Positions 38,061 to 52,049 are shown, counted from the first letter of the whole stretch. The stretch: DNA of 61,569 nt, filler included, from Collodictyon triciliatum (GCA_043381765.1; 5 parts of 5 records of this genome joined end to end with filler, not necessarily neighbours in it); one strand, 5' to 3'. Program-made: numbers and translations. Notes: generated from the letters alone by a model not told the origin.

Positions 38061-38560
38061 AGAAAAAAAGAAACGAAAACAAGAATAAACGAGAAAAGAA
38101 GAAAAGAAGAAAAAGAAAGAAAAAAGAGACGAAAAGAGGAAAAAGAAAGAAATCAAAACAAGAATAAACGAGAAAAGAAGAAAAGAAAAAGAAAAAGAAA
38201 AAAGAAAAAAGAAGAAAAAGAAAGAAAAAAGAAAAGAAAAGAAAAGAAGAAAAGAAGAAAAAGAAAGAAGAAAAGAAAAGAAGAAATCAAAACAAGAATA
38301 AACGGGAAAAGAAGAAAAGAAAATGAAAAAGAAAATGAAAAAGAAAAAAGAAAAGAAAAGAAGAAAAGAAAAGAAGAAAAAGAAAAAGAAAAAATTAAAG
38401 AAAAAGAAAAGAAGAAAGAAAAGAAAAGAAGAAAAGAAAAAAGAAAGGAAAAGAAGAAAAGAGAAAAGAAAAGAAAAAGAAAGAAAAAGAAAGGAAAAGA
38501 AAGGAAAAGAAAGGAAAAGAAAGAAAAAAGCAAAGGAAAAGAAAAAGAAAAAAGAAAATA
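38061..38560. repeat. ~500-bp purine-rich low-complexity tract upstream of PAN2
   Basis: GAAAA variants with repeated AACAAGAATAAACG; on the minus strand it ends in a TTTCTGCAG acceptor, so it is probably intronic. Confidence 0.85.
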
Positions 38561-39552
38561 ACTTGATTTTCCCTAAAGCTCAGTTTTCGCTGTGTTGTGA
38601 TTCATTCTACAAAGACTTGAAGGGATTCACCGAGCCGCAGAGCCAAACCCGCCCCGTGTCCGACCAGGCGATAAGCAAGACTCATGGCATATTTCCCTGG
38701 ACCGGTGAGTGAAAGCAGCCAGAGAAGCCGGGCAACTCTGAGAGAGCGGTGACAAGAAGCCAACTGTGATTCGCAGCAACAGCCACTTCCTGCCTCAGGC
38801 CCTTTACGCATACATGCCTCGCCCAATACATACTGACGAGCCATGCTCGGGGACTAGAAGTTGGTCGCAAAGCATGCATTCACTTCCATCATGACGCCCC
38901 CAACCAACATACTAATCAGCCCCGCCAACCAAAGAAGAGTAAAGAAACATGTCTTTGCCACGATGCCCAGGCTCCCTGGGTGCGGAGAGATTGTGCGGCC
39001 AGGGGCAAGTATTGAGTTGCCTTCTGTTCCCGATTCAACGCCATCTTGGAGGCGGTGTATGTATGCATTAGAATATTGGCGGCAAAGTAAAGTAAAATGA
39101 GTTAATGAAAGTTACTGTTTGAATGCGCTTTGAAGAAAAGACAGATAACACTCCTTCCAAATAAAAACATTTTCTTTTGATTCAAACACAAAAGTCAGAC
39201 TGTCTGTGAATGACTGAGTCAAGGTTTCATCCTAGTGAAAGTGTAGCTGTTCCTCGCTCAACTCGCTAAAAACCTTGATTGATTGCATCCAAAGGCTGCA
39301 AGAAGTTCACAAATGGGTAATGAGAGAAGTAAATGAAAATAATGTTAATAAGTACTTTAATGGGTGCATCTAGTTGAAGAAAATACTGCATGTGAAAACG
39401 CACTTTTTATATTATGTATGATGACAATGGTATATCATTTCACTTTCGGTATACATGATGGTGATATTTATAAATTGCAACATCACCAACTAAAATCTAT
39501 GGCTACAGTTCATAGTTTGAAGTTTCCAAAAGAAAGCAGAGAAAAGAGGAAG

Positions 39553-40152
39553 TCAGTTACATACGCACTGAAGAAAAGAAAAGAGTACTGCACCAGGCGG
39601 GGCGAGTGTCCTTTTCCATGATATGGTTGAATATTTCGGTGCAGCCCTTCCAGAGCCTCTCATTGAGCTACAAGAAAGAAAAAAAATCAGCTTTTGAGAA
39701 ATTAGTACATAAGTTAGGATATTAAAAGCGAAAAAAGAGGGTGTTTCTCGATCGATAAAGTTCAAATGAGGGACACAGTATTTATGATAATGTGCAGATG
39801 CATACCTTCTCATAGAGTCTTGTGAATTATTTAGCTGCCTGGATATCCATGACGATCGTTTTGTTGTCGGCAATAATAAGCAAGCTCGTGTCTTCGACAG
39901 AAAAGTAGAAGATAGCTTTGGGCTCGCTAGATTAGGATGTCTTCTTGGCCATGCTTGACATGCCTTCTTTCTGATAACCGTCAATGAAATCGAATTTCTT
40001 CTATTTTTGATGAGTTTCATGCGACGGATTCTCGGATGAGCAAATTGAATCAAAACAATCGCCAGCGCATAATCAAAACGAAAGGATGCGCTCTTTATTC
40101 CATTAAAGATTACTAAAATGTATTGTATTACAGTAGATACTAAATTTCTCAA
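39553..40152 (-). other. Unresolved coding-like region (gene fragment or pseudogene)
   Basis: 199-codon ORF plus GT-AG signals, but no recognisable domain and ambiguous frame. Confidence 0.25.
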
Positions 40153-40429
40153 AGAAAAAACATATTATTTCATTCATTAAGAATAATCAAACGTAGAGTA
40201 TCAACACATTTAAATACCACAAATAGCTCGGCATAATAAATTAAAAGCCTCTACGATGCTATAAATTCGACTCTCGAAGGGAATAGTTTATGATGTTTAG
40301 CCGAATGTCGAAAGAAAATAAGGTTAAAAATAAGCTCTTGACACGGTCGCTGAAGAATTGTCTTCAGTAATCTCTTGGTGGAAAAATACAACATCAGTTT
40401 ATGCATCGAGGAGAAAATGCAATATGGAT

Positions 40430-42053
40430 TCATATTGATTTAAAATCCCTGATGAGCTCGTCGTCCATCAAATATGTAACCTGTTGGAATTCAACAATAA
40501 GTGGGTAATGAAATGGGTGACTAGTAAATTGGCGTTCAACGAGCTGTGTCTATTGATAGATTCTTTTGAGGGAGAAAAATGGAAACCTTATTCAAGGCAC
40601 TATTAAGTGATAGTAGCCATTCCATTTTTATAATGCAGTCAGGAATATGAGAAAGCTATGTGCAATGTGAACAATAGAAATTTCTGAAAGCTTTATCGAA
40701 TTCCAAGTGCACAGACACTCGCAGTGAATCTTCGTAGTGGGATATACAAATATGCGACTTTTTTTATCTGGTAATTAGTATAATAGTAAAAATAATAACA
40801 TAAAAAAAACAAGAAAATCAATAATTTTATTGTTATATAAATAAAAAAGACTCGATTATTGGCCAGGCATAGTTTTGTCAAGCCACGTAATGTCGAGAAG
40901 GAGCTCGGCAACGTAGATATCTAATTTGTTGAAGTTGAAAAATGTTTAATGTGGTTTACTGATGATGAATAGATAAATGGACTATTCCTACAGAATTGCC
41001 TGATATATCCACCGAACTACATTTTCTCCATAGGCCCAAGCGATTCGAAACATTCTCAATTTTCTCATATGCAGCGACCTCATCATAGTATTCGAGATTC
41101 ATGGCTGTCTTGAAATCATTCCTAATAAGAAGATTTCGGACCGCCCTGAAAGTTTGATGCACGTGGATAGAGCTGTTTTCTTCGGTGGGACTCATAAGAA
41201 TTTCGCGCAAGTTATTCAATAACGTGATTGCCTGTGGTAAAACGGAAACCTAATTGGAAAGTTGGTTAAAAGAATAAACCGAAAAAACTGTTTAAAGTTT
41301 ATCACATGCTATGTGCTGATAAGCTTATGATCTGAAAATAAAAAATGAAAATCGTCAAATTGAAAAATATAGGAGGATTCAGTAAAGCATCACAAAAATT
41401 GAATGTCAATATATTACACAAAACCAGAATATCTCGTAGAGTCAAATGCTTACAGGGTTGCATACAATATCGAGTGTGCTCAGCCGTTTCAATGATGATA
41501 TTGAATTGGAAAGCGAAGATAAATCATTTTCTCGAGCATTTAAGAGGCTCAACTTTTTTAATGCAGAGATTCTGTCGGGCAAACATGAAACTCTGTTCTT
41601 GTAGAGATACAATTCAGTGAGCCTTGTAAGAGCTCCTATTTCATCGGGCAAAGAAAGTATACAATTACCAGATACACCCAGATATTCAAGATTCGATAAC
41701 CGCGATATTTCGCCTGGTATCTGTGATATCCTGTTGTAAGTAACATCAAGAAGCGTGAGGCTTGTAACTCTAAAGACCCCAGAATCCATGGCAGTTAGTC
41801 TATTGTAATGAGCGAATAGCCTTTTCAGTCCAGAGAGCAGAGATAGTTCGTTCGGCAACTGCGAGAGGCGGTTTCGATATAGTCCAAGAACAACCAGACG
41901 GCCCAGGTCAAAGACACCGGGCGGCAAAGAAGTGAGGCTTTTGCTTCCTGCATCCAGCAAAGTGCACCGTTCGATGGGCCGAAGAAAGCCGTTGGGTCTG
42001 TATGCGATTTGGAGAGCCTTCAAGTGTTGTAGACGCGCGGCACGATCGGACAT
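40430..42053 (-). CDS. Leucine-rich-repeat protein, ~5 exons, with a non-LRR island; 3' end tentative
   Basis: Exon 1 has ~8 LRRs; later exons VSVLPQAITLLNNLREI..., ISTLPSSFSTLRGLTKLCLANNR, LSHIPDCIIKMEWLLSLNSALNK. Confidence 0.82.
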
Positions 42054-42479
42054 GACAGACGGTGTCAGACGCACTTGTCTGTCTTTTGCTTTGCTTTAGC
42101 GTCTATTGTTCTTTGGGTTCAATAAGGCGCAGAGAGATGGACGAGTTATAAGGATGAACCAGAAAGTGTCGGCGGTTGCGTGTGACTGGATAACACAAGA
42201 TGGAGTTCTAACGTCAATCGTGTACATATTTAACGGAAGGATGGGTCGTACTATGCATGTATATGTTCGCAACGGTGATGGACATGTTTGATAAGACTTT
42301 ATGAATTATAGATGAGATTATAGACTTGCAATATATCAGAATGAAATTAATCACATAAATTCCACATTCAATCAGAACATTCTATCCGATCAAAAGAACG
42401 ATCTGCTCTGGCGAAAAATCAGCTCGCACAATGCAAAGATTCGCAACCATCAACAAAACAATCTGAGCAAGAGAAAGGA

Positions 42480-42577
42480 AAGAAAAAAGAGAAAAAAGAG
42501 AAAAAAGAGAAAAAAGAGAAAAAAGAGAAAAAAGAGAAAAAAGAGAAAAAAGAGAAAAAAGAGAAAAAAGAGAAAAA
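42480..42577. repeat. (AAAAAAGAG)n 9-bp repeat at contig end
   Basis: Direct reading. Confidence 0.9.
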
Positions 42578-42677
42578 NNNNNNNNNNNNNNNNNNNNNNN
42601 NNNNNNNNNNNNNNNNNNNNNTTAATTAATTAANNNNNNNNNNNNNNNNNNNNNNNNNNNNNNNNNNNNNNNNNNNN
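42578..42677. other. Artificial contig spacer
   Basis: N44-TTAATTAATTAA-N44. Confidence 0.97.
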
Positions 42678-42747
42678 GATAATTTAAAACTTATAAAAAA
42701 ATAAATGAAAAATAGAAATATCAGAAAGAACTTGAATAATTCCCACC

Positions 42748-43185
42748 AATCCGTTTTCAGATATTTCACTGGTCAGTCCCCAGCGCAAGTCGATGAAAAC
42801 AAGGATGACGCCCTTCTTCTTGGCAAAGTCTTTGAGTCTGCAACAATTTTTTGATTCATCAATAAACCGAACATACAAACATGTAATCATGAAATTTTTG
42901 TGATTGACCAAAACGATGTTACTTTTTTTCGGCATTTGCAAAGAACTCGTCTCTTTCTCTTTGCATGTCTCGAAACGTGGAGGACATGAAGATTCTCAAG
43001 ACTCTGGAGTCATAGACAACAGTCCATCTCCCTTCACCATCAGAATAAACTGCGCCTGTAATCAAGCCTCTGCGGATTTTCTCATCAGCTGGTGCGGGTT
43101 CTTTTGTTGGTTCCATCTGTTTATGGATTCCAGATTCTTGCTGGTTGGCGGCGTCAGATTGTCTGCTTGGTGATGGCTCGGACAT
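42748..43185 (-). CDS. DUF4062-domain protein 5' exons (TEP1/NPHP3/NWD-type N-terminus); rest off contig
   Basis: RVLRIFMSSTFRDMQRERDEFF...|LKDFAKKKGVILVFIDLRWGLT matches the FxSSTFxDMxxER...DLRWG signature. Confidence 0.88.
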
Positions 43186-46177
43186 CTTCCTGTTGATTAA
43201 ATGCGAATAATATATAGGATTAAGAATTGTCAAAGATATACTATAATCGTATGCTATTCTCTCTGTTTGACCGCCTCGGATGATTCAAAACAATTAATCG
43301 GCTCGTCATATTTCCTCTCACTTTTGATTTTCATGATAAATCCACTAAAAGGAATATTATTGATAAAAATTCTCGGATAAATATATTTTTGTATAATATT
43401 GAGGGCTAAAACTCCACCCTTGATTACAATATTGTTATTCAACTATAAAATGATGAATCTTTAACTAAGCCCATACTTGAAAGTAAAAATATAGGTAAAA
43501 TAATGTGTGAATCATGAAAGATGAGGCCTTTTGAAACAATTAGTTGCTTTTAGATTATGCATTATATTATATTTAAAAAATTTATCTGAGAACAAAAAAT
43601 TAATTAGTTTAGATCATTCTGATCCATTAGCCAAATCGTGCTTGAATGTTTTTGATAAAAGTTATTATCATTAGGTTAAACAAAACATTAATACAAAAAT
43701 GCATCTCAAATAATCCAGCAGCCGGTGCGAAAGGCCCGTACATTCCCTTACTTATTTGCTTAGCCTCCATGGAATGGCATGAAACTGTAAATGGAGCATT
43801 CTTTTAGTGATAACATTAAGGTAATTTCGAATTGTAGATAATTGGGAGCCATAATCTGAGCTGAAAGGAAACGAGCACATATTTTATGTATATTATGAAT
43901 ACTTACAAATGAAAATGACGATTGCAATAATCAAGAGACATGGTCACTCATAATCCTGCAGATTTCGGAAAGAGTTCGACGAATCTGCACATTTCTTGTA
44001 TATATCAGATATAGATCAATATGATGTACAATATTTTCCTTGTAACAAAGTAGGTCAAGTAAAATAAAATGAAAATATAAAGTTGGAATTTTAAATGTTT
44101 AACATATGATAGAGAACTGGTGACTTCATGACCCATAGAACATTCTAACTTTCAAATCAGGCATATTTCGAGAAGATGAATCGTATTGTCAGAGTTTGAA
44201 GCATAGGCGGTGGACGCTGAGCGCACTGGCTCCCTATAGATAATTTTTCTTAAAAAAAACATTTTATTGTACATAATGTTGTTGAAATATGATTGATGTC
44301 TGAGTACAAATAAAAAATACTCACAGAAAAAAAGGGCGTGATCTGTCTGCAAAAAAGGCGGTTCGGTCGTCAAGTTCAGGTGTGAAAATAACCGCTTTTA
44401 ATCTTGCATGTTGAGTTGGAGGGGAGGGGTGTGTGGATTATTTGGAAATCTTCAAGCCTACAAATCCTGCAAAAAAAGTTGTATTAAGATGAGTAGAATG
44501 AGAATTGAAACCCCTTATCCTTAAGTCGCATAAAGAAGCATTATATAAAAATTAGTTCATAGCTCACCATGTAATAAACCTTCATATGTTGGTAAAAAGG
44601 CCTCGAACGGTGGGTGTGTATAGGTAGTGCCAGTGCGTTGTTTGTAGTCTCACATGTGTCTGGGGGAGGGGTAGTGTCTGACGTATCTCTTTTTGGTGTG
44701 GGTTCATGGCGTTAATAATACCGTTAGCCTGCTCTCTAAACAGTTTCCGCTAAAATTACGAGTATATACATAATTAAATATGATTCCTGATACGAATTCG
44801 GACGGCGTGACGGAGGCCCAAGTTAGGATTTTTCTGGTCTCTATTGAAATATCAATACTTTTCATAAAATGTATGTGAATCTAGAAGCGTCATTTGAAGT
44901 TGCTTTACTGCCAAGGGAAACTCCTAACAGAGAGAATTGCGGCTGTTTTAAGTGGGGTCAATATACGAACAAAAGCATTAAATTTTCTCTGTAAAACATT
45001 TAAATTACTAATTGGCTGGTGTAAACGCAGAATTGTAGTGTAGATGCATGTTCTTCCGATCCAAACCAACAAATATCACTAAATGATTCTTGAGTCTGGA
45101 TAATAGAGAAAAATTAATCTGGAATCTAGGTATCCATTACAATTTCATGTGTGAGCCATTAATCATAAAGTCATATGTACCTTGAATTTGTAGGAGCCGC
45201 GAGAAAGTCATTTCCCAGTCCCTTAGATTTAAAAATTATAGTTTTCTGATTTTTTGTTATTTTTTTGAATGATTGATCAAAGACATACTTACTTCCACAC
45301 ACAACACACCCAACACCCCCACCGTACGTTCTTAGACCTTTACTTCAGGCCATCGGGAAAACTAGGAGCCGCCGATCCACCACCCCTCCCCCCCTCCTCC
45401 AAGTAGTAGATCGAAACAGTTCCCTTTCCCACGGATTTTGTCTTTTCTCCCTTCCATTTTCAACTGTATCAGAGTTTTTCCATGACTTTAGTTTGAACAT
45501 TTTCCGATTCAAAATGAATAATCAATGCTTAGTATGGTATATTGAATAAAATAATGAGATTTTTCAGCTGGTCCATGAAGTAGCCAGTTTGAACCATTTA
45601 TCGAAAAAAGGCCATTGGCACGGAATGAAGTTTGTTTGATTCTCGTTATATTTTTGCTAGGCGAATTGAAACTCAGTGTGTGCGTATTTTGTGTTCAATT
45701 GTTGAGTATCAAACATGTGATCAATTATCTATCATGAAATTTATTATTCTAATTATTTTTTTTTGTTTTTAGAAGTGAAACGTACCAAATTTGTTGTATG
45801 ATAAAATTTGATCAGAACCACACTGTTCTACAATCAGAATGCTTGTGAATTCTGGCCTAAAGATTCCACTGTCTTGTAAAATGTGCGTTGAATATCTTAA
45901 TTATGGATTTTTCTATGTATTGAGATAATTCAATATATGATATAAATAAAAATATTCCTTATAAAAATGAAACGAACAAAATCTCACAATATGGCTTGTA
46001 TATGACCTAAAATTGCGAGCGCAAAGACTTCTGTGCGATGAAGTAGGGAAAAAGAGCCTATTTGGCTAGTTCGTCAGGTGCTACTATAAAAAGCTTTTGT
46101 TAGATTCCACTGAGAAAGCATTAAAATTACTCTATCCGTAACTTTGTATATCTGATGGATATCTGAAATGATTAAAT

Positions 46178-46288
46178 TTTTGTTCCTTAATTCGATTCAA
46201 AGTGGAGCGCGGTTTTGCCATACAAAGGGACGAGATAAGTGCGCCTGGTAGAAAACAAACGCGAGTAGAAGAAACCACCGTATAAAGG
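46178..46288 (-). mobile_element. Family B short 3' fragment
   Basis: Ends CACTTTGAATCGAATTAAGGAACAAAAA; absent from the contig-1 paralogue. Confidence 0.65.
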
Positions 46289-48726
46289 ATAGCAATATCT
46301 ATAATGTTTATTTTAAAATCATTTCATGTCGTAAAATTCAATCACCTTTGTTTTTTTCGAACATCTATTCTTATAATTTATCCATCATCCAATCTCATTT
46401 GTGCCCATGTGAGAGATAAAGAAAATTTTGTAATGATAACAAAGAAGCAGAGTCTACTACTTAGAATTATAGAATCAAAGGATTTATGTATTAAGTAACG
46501 TAAGGTGTATCATACTTAAATCCGACTAATTGAAGTGTAATTTTGCGACTAAAGGTGCCGCGTTGAAAGGACGACTATCTCCGGACTATTTTGAATGTAT
46601 AATTGTTTGTTTAAGTTTCCAAAATATTGAGGTTTAATGTAGTAATTAATTCAACTATAAATATTTGTATGTTTTTTTGGAGTCTATCCGACAATTCAAG
46701 ACCATTATTCTTACGAATCCACTATTGCCTTTGTTGTAGGAGTTGTGCAGTATGTCAATTATTGCTCGTAATCTGCTGGATACTAACTGTGAATTGATCA
46801 ATAAAAACGGTTTCTAAAGTTGAAAGAAATCAATATAAAAAAAGAATGGGGTAGTAAGTATCCAAACAGTAAATAGAGTAACCGCTTCTTTATCATGCAG
46901 ATTTCTTCCTCTTCGATGGTGAAAAATTTTCGAGTGAACAATTAATGTTGCAGATTATCTGATTATTTAAAAATTATGTCATCTCGCATGTATTAAAAAT
47001 CGATTCTTTGATAGAATTTGTTATTATAAAGTTACATTATTACATTTCTGGTGCCAAATGATCAGCTTCAGTCGCAGGGATGCAGTCATTATAGATGATC
47101 TTTTCCTCCCTTTTTGGCCATAGCTCAACCATTTTCTCTATCCTATGGACAGTGAGGGTCATTTAGGTATTGCTTATAATAGCATGACAAATAATAATAA
47201 ATATTGTCATATGTTTTGATACGGCCTGCGGCTGATGAAAAAACTTAACAATGGTAATAAAAAAATAAAGATAAATAACTCATCACTTACCCTTAATCAT
47301 AGCGATTCCCCCAGCACAATAAACGATGAGGGGCTTAGTCTATTATGCTGATAGTAAACTTCCAGGCATGTTAAATTGACGACAGCTTTGCTTCATAAAA
47401 AAAAATATAGAGGGAGGAAGGCATATAATTATTATATAGATCAGAATATGTTATATTTTTTCACTAGTAAGTGAATCCCATAAAAAGCCTGAGTTGAGAA
47501 GAGCTAGGCAAAAATATCAAAATAACCGAAATGATGGCAAGCATGTGGCTAAATGAGATGTACTTGATGTTTGCGTCTTTGGGAAAATCCATCCAAATAA
47601 GTGCGATGTGGACAACATAGTAACTAATGTCTCAGTCGCCGTCATGCCCGTGAAAATTATCCCAAGCTGCACGTGATGGGATTAGAGTCCAATATACACC
47701 ATAAATAATAATAAAACTAAAGCTATAACTATGAAGATAAAAGAATAAAGTGAATATGGAGATTTGGGTAGCTCAGAAAGTGTGGAAGCATGGACAAAAA
47801 TTCTCTGCTACAGGATGCTCCATAACTTGAATAGTCCGTTTCTTCTTGGCTTGCAGGTTGCTGTATGAATGAGAGCCCTGACAAAATTGGCACATAAAAT
47901 TAGAAAACTTGAATTCTTTGTCATATGGATACGCAATTGAGTTTTCATGAGTTTTTTGAGTTGTGGGATGATAAGTAACGGTAGAACCAGATATTAAACA
48001 AGGCAAGGACTAAGCCAAACACATTTAGGTTTGCTGGAAGGAATCGTTTTGTGTCCTTGCTTGTATCTTTTATAGTTTGTATTATTTCCCAGCATCCGAT
48101 AGACTACCCCTCTCTCGATAAAGTCTTTTGGCTTTTTGAAATAAGATATCAATTTGAAATAAAATATCAAACTTGCTTAGGTTTAAACCTTCGCCTTTAT
48201 AAAAAAAATAAAGTATGATTCCATGTTGCTTTCTTCAGTTTGCTTGGCATATGTTGATATTGTTGTTTGTGTGGTGAAAAGAATGAGTGTCCCGCCATAG
48301 GGATTCTATGAATTATCTCTTCCGTTCTCCTGATCTTTGGCTTTTGTTCTTGGCTGTCTGTGTGCTTTCGTTGGTGGAAATGCGTTTGTGAGTTGATCTT
48401 CTATATACACAAGTGAGCTATTTTTCTCGTTATGGAATTGATAATATTATACATTTTATTAGTACAATAACCATGAGTAAATTTTGTTTTCTTAATAATA
48501 TACTCTAGTCGCACAAAAACATTAAAAGCAAAAATCAAAGAAATCAAGCTTGACGGAGCAAATGTGGAAAAATGGGGTTAGTGTCTTGGTTATCTAAATA
48601 AGCGGGTTAGTGACTATCTCCAAAGTAAATATAGCTAGGAATATAAAAATGAATGCTCATGTTGCAAACCAGTCCATCTCTTCCATCACGCTATCAATTC
48701 TTCATCCATTTCTTCATTTTTTTTTG

Positions 48727-48852
48727 TGAGACGCGACATAGACTTGACAGATTTGACTGGTTTTGCCGCGAAATGAAGAAAGATTCATTGATTACGTCTT
48801 AACATGTACAATTTTTTTATGAATTATACATAATCTGTCGCGAAAATAAATC
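48727..48852. mobile_element. ~125-bp insertion between degenerate ~28-bp direct repeats
   Basis: AATTCTT...ATTTC(T)TTCATTTTTTT at ~48696 and ~48853; single copy and no insert in the paralogue (~310-345). Confidence 0.5.
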
Positions 48853-49572
48853 AATTCTTGGTCGATTTCTCTTCATTTTTTTAACCGCCTTTCAACAGAG
48901 GGAAATATTGCAACTGCACATAATAAGATGTGTATCTATGGAAGGTATATCAACATTATCATCAACATTCATATATCAAGAAACAAAAGCGCCAGAACAT
49001 CGCATTGTATCAGTTGAAGAGAAAAGTACATTGTGCGCATCAAATGACCCACATATCGACCTTATCCAATCAGATATCTGATGGAAAGGATGCGGTCCGT
49101 GACCTAAAAAACCAGTAAATCAAAGCACTTTGATATATTTCACTGATTGTTGTTGCTCTTGAAAGAACTGCAGGCGCATATCGCTATTGGAATCCAAAGT
49201 CTAGTTTGCTAGCTTGTTACTTTTTCCTTCTTTTCTTTCTTTTTTCAATAGTTTATTGATCAAACACATCGCCAAAGATGAATACCGTTTCTTTTTAATC
49301 TATGTTTTTTTTGAAAAGGCTGATATTTGATGCGGGCTTAATTGACGCGCACCACCTTTCGAGTATCTTTACTGACTCATTTTAATGGCTTACAAAACCC
49401 AACACAAAGCAAAGGTTTATGCTATAATCTTACTTTTTTTTACTTTACAAAAGGAATATACGATATTATTGGATATTCTGTAAAAATAATAACTTATTAG
49501 ATCACTGTTAAAAATATTTTTTTTGTAAGTCACTGATCTCACACACTCGTTAAGGTCAATGTGGCACATTGA

Positions 49573-49835
49573 TTTTTTCCTTTTATATTTTGTTAAAAGA
49601 AAGGGTTTTATTATTATCCTACAGCCCGCCCTAGTTATTGCGCCTTGGTTGAAAGCTCGAACGCGTTTTGTATTCACATGCAGGTCGTCGTAGTATAGAA
49701 ACAAAATTCATGACTCATCTAAATATATCTATTGTGGGTCGAGCTTCATACAATCCTTAAAAGCTGTAACTACCAAAGCCCTGACTTGGATTCAATCCGA
49801 GGCCTAAGTTCCGGCAAGAACTAAGTGACGCGACT
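49573..49835 (-). mobile_element. Family B copy
   Basis: Homology to the other copies; A-rich 3' end. Confidence 0.6.
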
Positions 49836-50169
49836 GATTTAAATCAGACAATGAATGCGTAACCAGTAGACGCAACATGTGAAAGTCGCTAATCTTATTT
49901 AAAAAAAGAACATTCAATTTGGACAAAGTGCTGTATTTGATTTTTATGTATTGTTATTTGATTGAATGCCTTTTGCCCGTGATAAATATATGTATCTGAA
50001 CTGTGCTGACTCACTACAACCAATTTCCTGAGTAAACCCATTCACCTTTGTTGCAAAGCTCTGTTTAAGTGCATCGTTCAAAGAATCCATCGCGTTCGTA
50101 TATTTATTTGATCCACAAAATCCAAGTCAAAGCCAATTTACTTTGCTAATAAACCCATCTTACTGGGCC

Positions 50170-50820
50170 ATTTTTTATTTTGTTTATTTTTCTTTGCGTG
50201 TGGAGATGAAGTTCCTGTCTCCAAGGTGCCAGCCTTCTTTTGCACTAACGCTACCTGGTGGCCGGGTGGCGGAGAAGTAGTCGGTAATCAGGAATTGCAT
50301 ACTGCGGTTTGGCCTGTAGCCTGGGTCTTGTGCTTGCATGAGAGATACAAGGTGAGGTTGAATCTCTTTCTCGGCCTCTTTCCACATGTCTCTTCTCACA
50401 GAGTCTGAGTAGTAGAGAACGTGCAGGTGGCGATGGAAACTGTTTAGGAAAGAGATGTGTATGATGCCATCCAGCCTGATATCAGGAATGGGTGGCTGGT
50501 TGTTGAATCTTGCTTTGCGTGAGTATATGCGCGCTATCCACATAGTCCGTAGCAAATGGCCTCGCGTCACTGCCCAGAATGTTTTCGCATCTGAACGCAG
50601 CTGTTGCAGAGGCCCAAATATCGCCTGGATTGAGCCAATAGCCGCAGCCGTCTTGAGTGTCAGTTGAAGAATCTCACCGGCTGTTTCGCGCAGTTTTGGG
50701 CGAAGGGACATTGCACAAATGTTTCCTCAATGGATTCATCACTGTTGCTGCGAAGTGTGCATTGTTGGGGGACTTTGCCAGCTTTTGTCGCGCGTGTGCC
50801 TATCCATAGCTCCCTATTGA
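50170..50820 (-). mobile_element. L1/Tx1-like LINE family A ORF2 C-terminus, longest copy
   Basis: QCTLRSNSDESIEETFVQCPFA (degenerate zf-RVT CCHC), then a 1-nt frameshift into ...FWAVTRGHLLRTMWIAR; A-rich tail. Confidence 0.78.
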
Positions 50821-52049
50821 TGAGATGACATAAAGCAGCCGAAAACATTACCAAAGCAAAATAAATACAAACCATACCATAACAAAAAAAAAAGCAAATG
50901 ATTCACTCTGTATGATATCGACCATATACTATTTTGTTTTCTCTACTGACTGTGGCATGCGAAAAAAGAGAGAACGAGTATGAGTCGTATGGAATGCCAT
51001 CTCGTCTAGTGGTGTATATCCAAAACAATATTATGTCTATTGGTGTATGTCCGGTGATAAGTAGCATTCAGTGGCGTCCATTCAGTCGTGTGCTCCATCA
51101 AGACGGATTGAACACAATTCTATTATATTCATAAATCTAAAGCTTCTGGAAACACATATTTTTTTTACTTTCTACTTTTTTGTATCATAAATATTTGTGT
51201 GCAACGCGACTGGGCAAATAACACTAAAGCAAAAAATTATAATGAATATTGGACTCTGCCTTTGCTTCGCAATCTCCAAAAAACACGTCTGATATGCTTC
51301 GCTTCTTCGCTAATTACTTGCATTTATTTTTTACTCTTGTTTTTTTTTTCATAGAGCTCATATTTGTTTGACGCTATAATCCGTCCATTTGTCTACCAAT
51401 ATATATTAACGCGCGATTTCATTTGGTGTTTTTCTACAGTGTTATATCGAGAAAGTAAATCCGTAGAAAACGTTTTTACCTGTGGGCACATAAATTTACA
51501 CAGGCTAATTTTGAAGGATTTTTTTTATGTTTTTATCTTGATATGCAGATGTTGAAGTTTATGATGACAAATAGGTTAATAACTAAATATTGTTTTCAAT
51601 ATGTATAGACAAAGTCACATGAAAATTTTTAAAAGGCAGCCAATTTATATGACTTTTTGGAGGGTCCTTACTGTATGGATAGGTTGGTTTCTTCGTATCG
51701 AGGATTTTATAGATGTATAATCTGATTTACCTTTTTAATACCCATTCGGACTTGAATACTGTATATAAGCAACATGTCACAATCAGCATATCGGTATACT
51801 TTTTCATGACAAAAATTAATCAAATACAATCAAAAATTAAAAAAAAATTTCGTAATAAATCAATTTGAACAGGTTATTGCCAATATTGTTAGTAACTCTT
51901 TTGTAATTATGAAATAAATATTTGATTGCTATCATAAGCATGCAAACAGTGCAAGACTATCTTACATCTATGAGATATTAGTTGTAAATTGATCATTCAG
52001 GTTATGGAGCAAGATTAATACATTATGAAACAAATAAAACAGCATACAA

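Larger units (their letters stand above)
44320..49190. pseudogene. Decayed segment, inverted paralogue of 1-4570
   Basis: As above; retains GT-AG-like signals on the minus strand. Confidence 0.65.

Noticed and set aside
39560-40120. Stop-codon reassignment (TAA/TAG as Gln) suggested by one protein-like frame
   Set aside because: That frame also contains TGA, and the 1664-codon ORF and the exons I traced in PAN2 and the AXDND1-like gene have no internal stops; the standard code fits.
45287-45480. U1 snRNA, because the block starts ATACTTAC
   Set aside because: This is also just the reverse complement of a donor site. The U1-70K (GAUCACGAAG) and U1A (AUUGCAC) loops are absent. Kept only as an unexplained conserved block.
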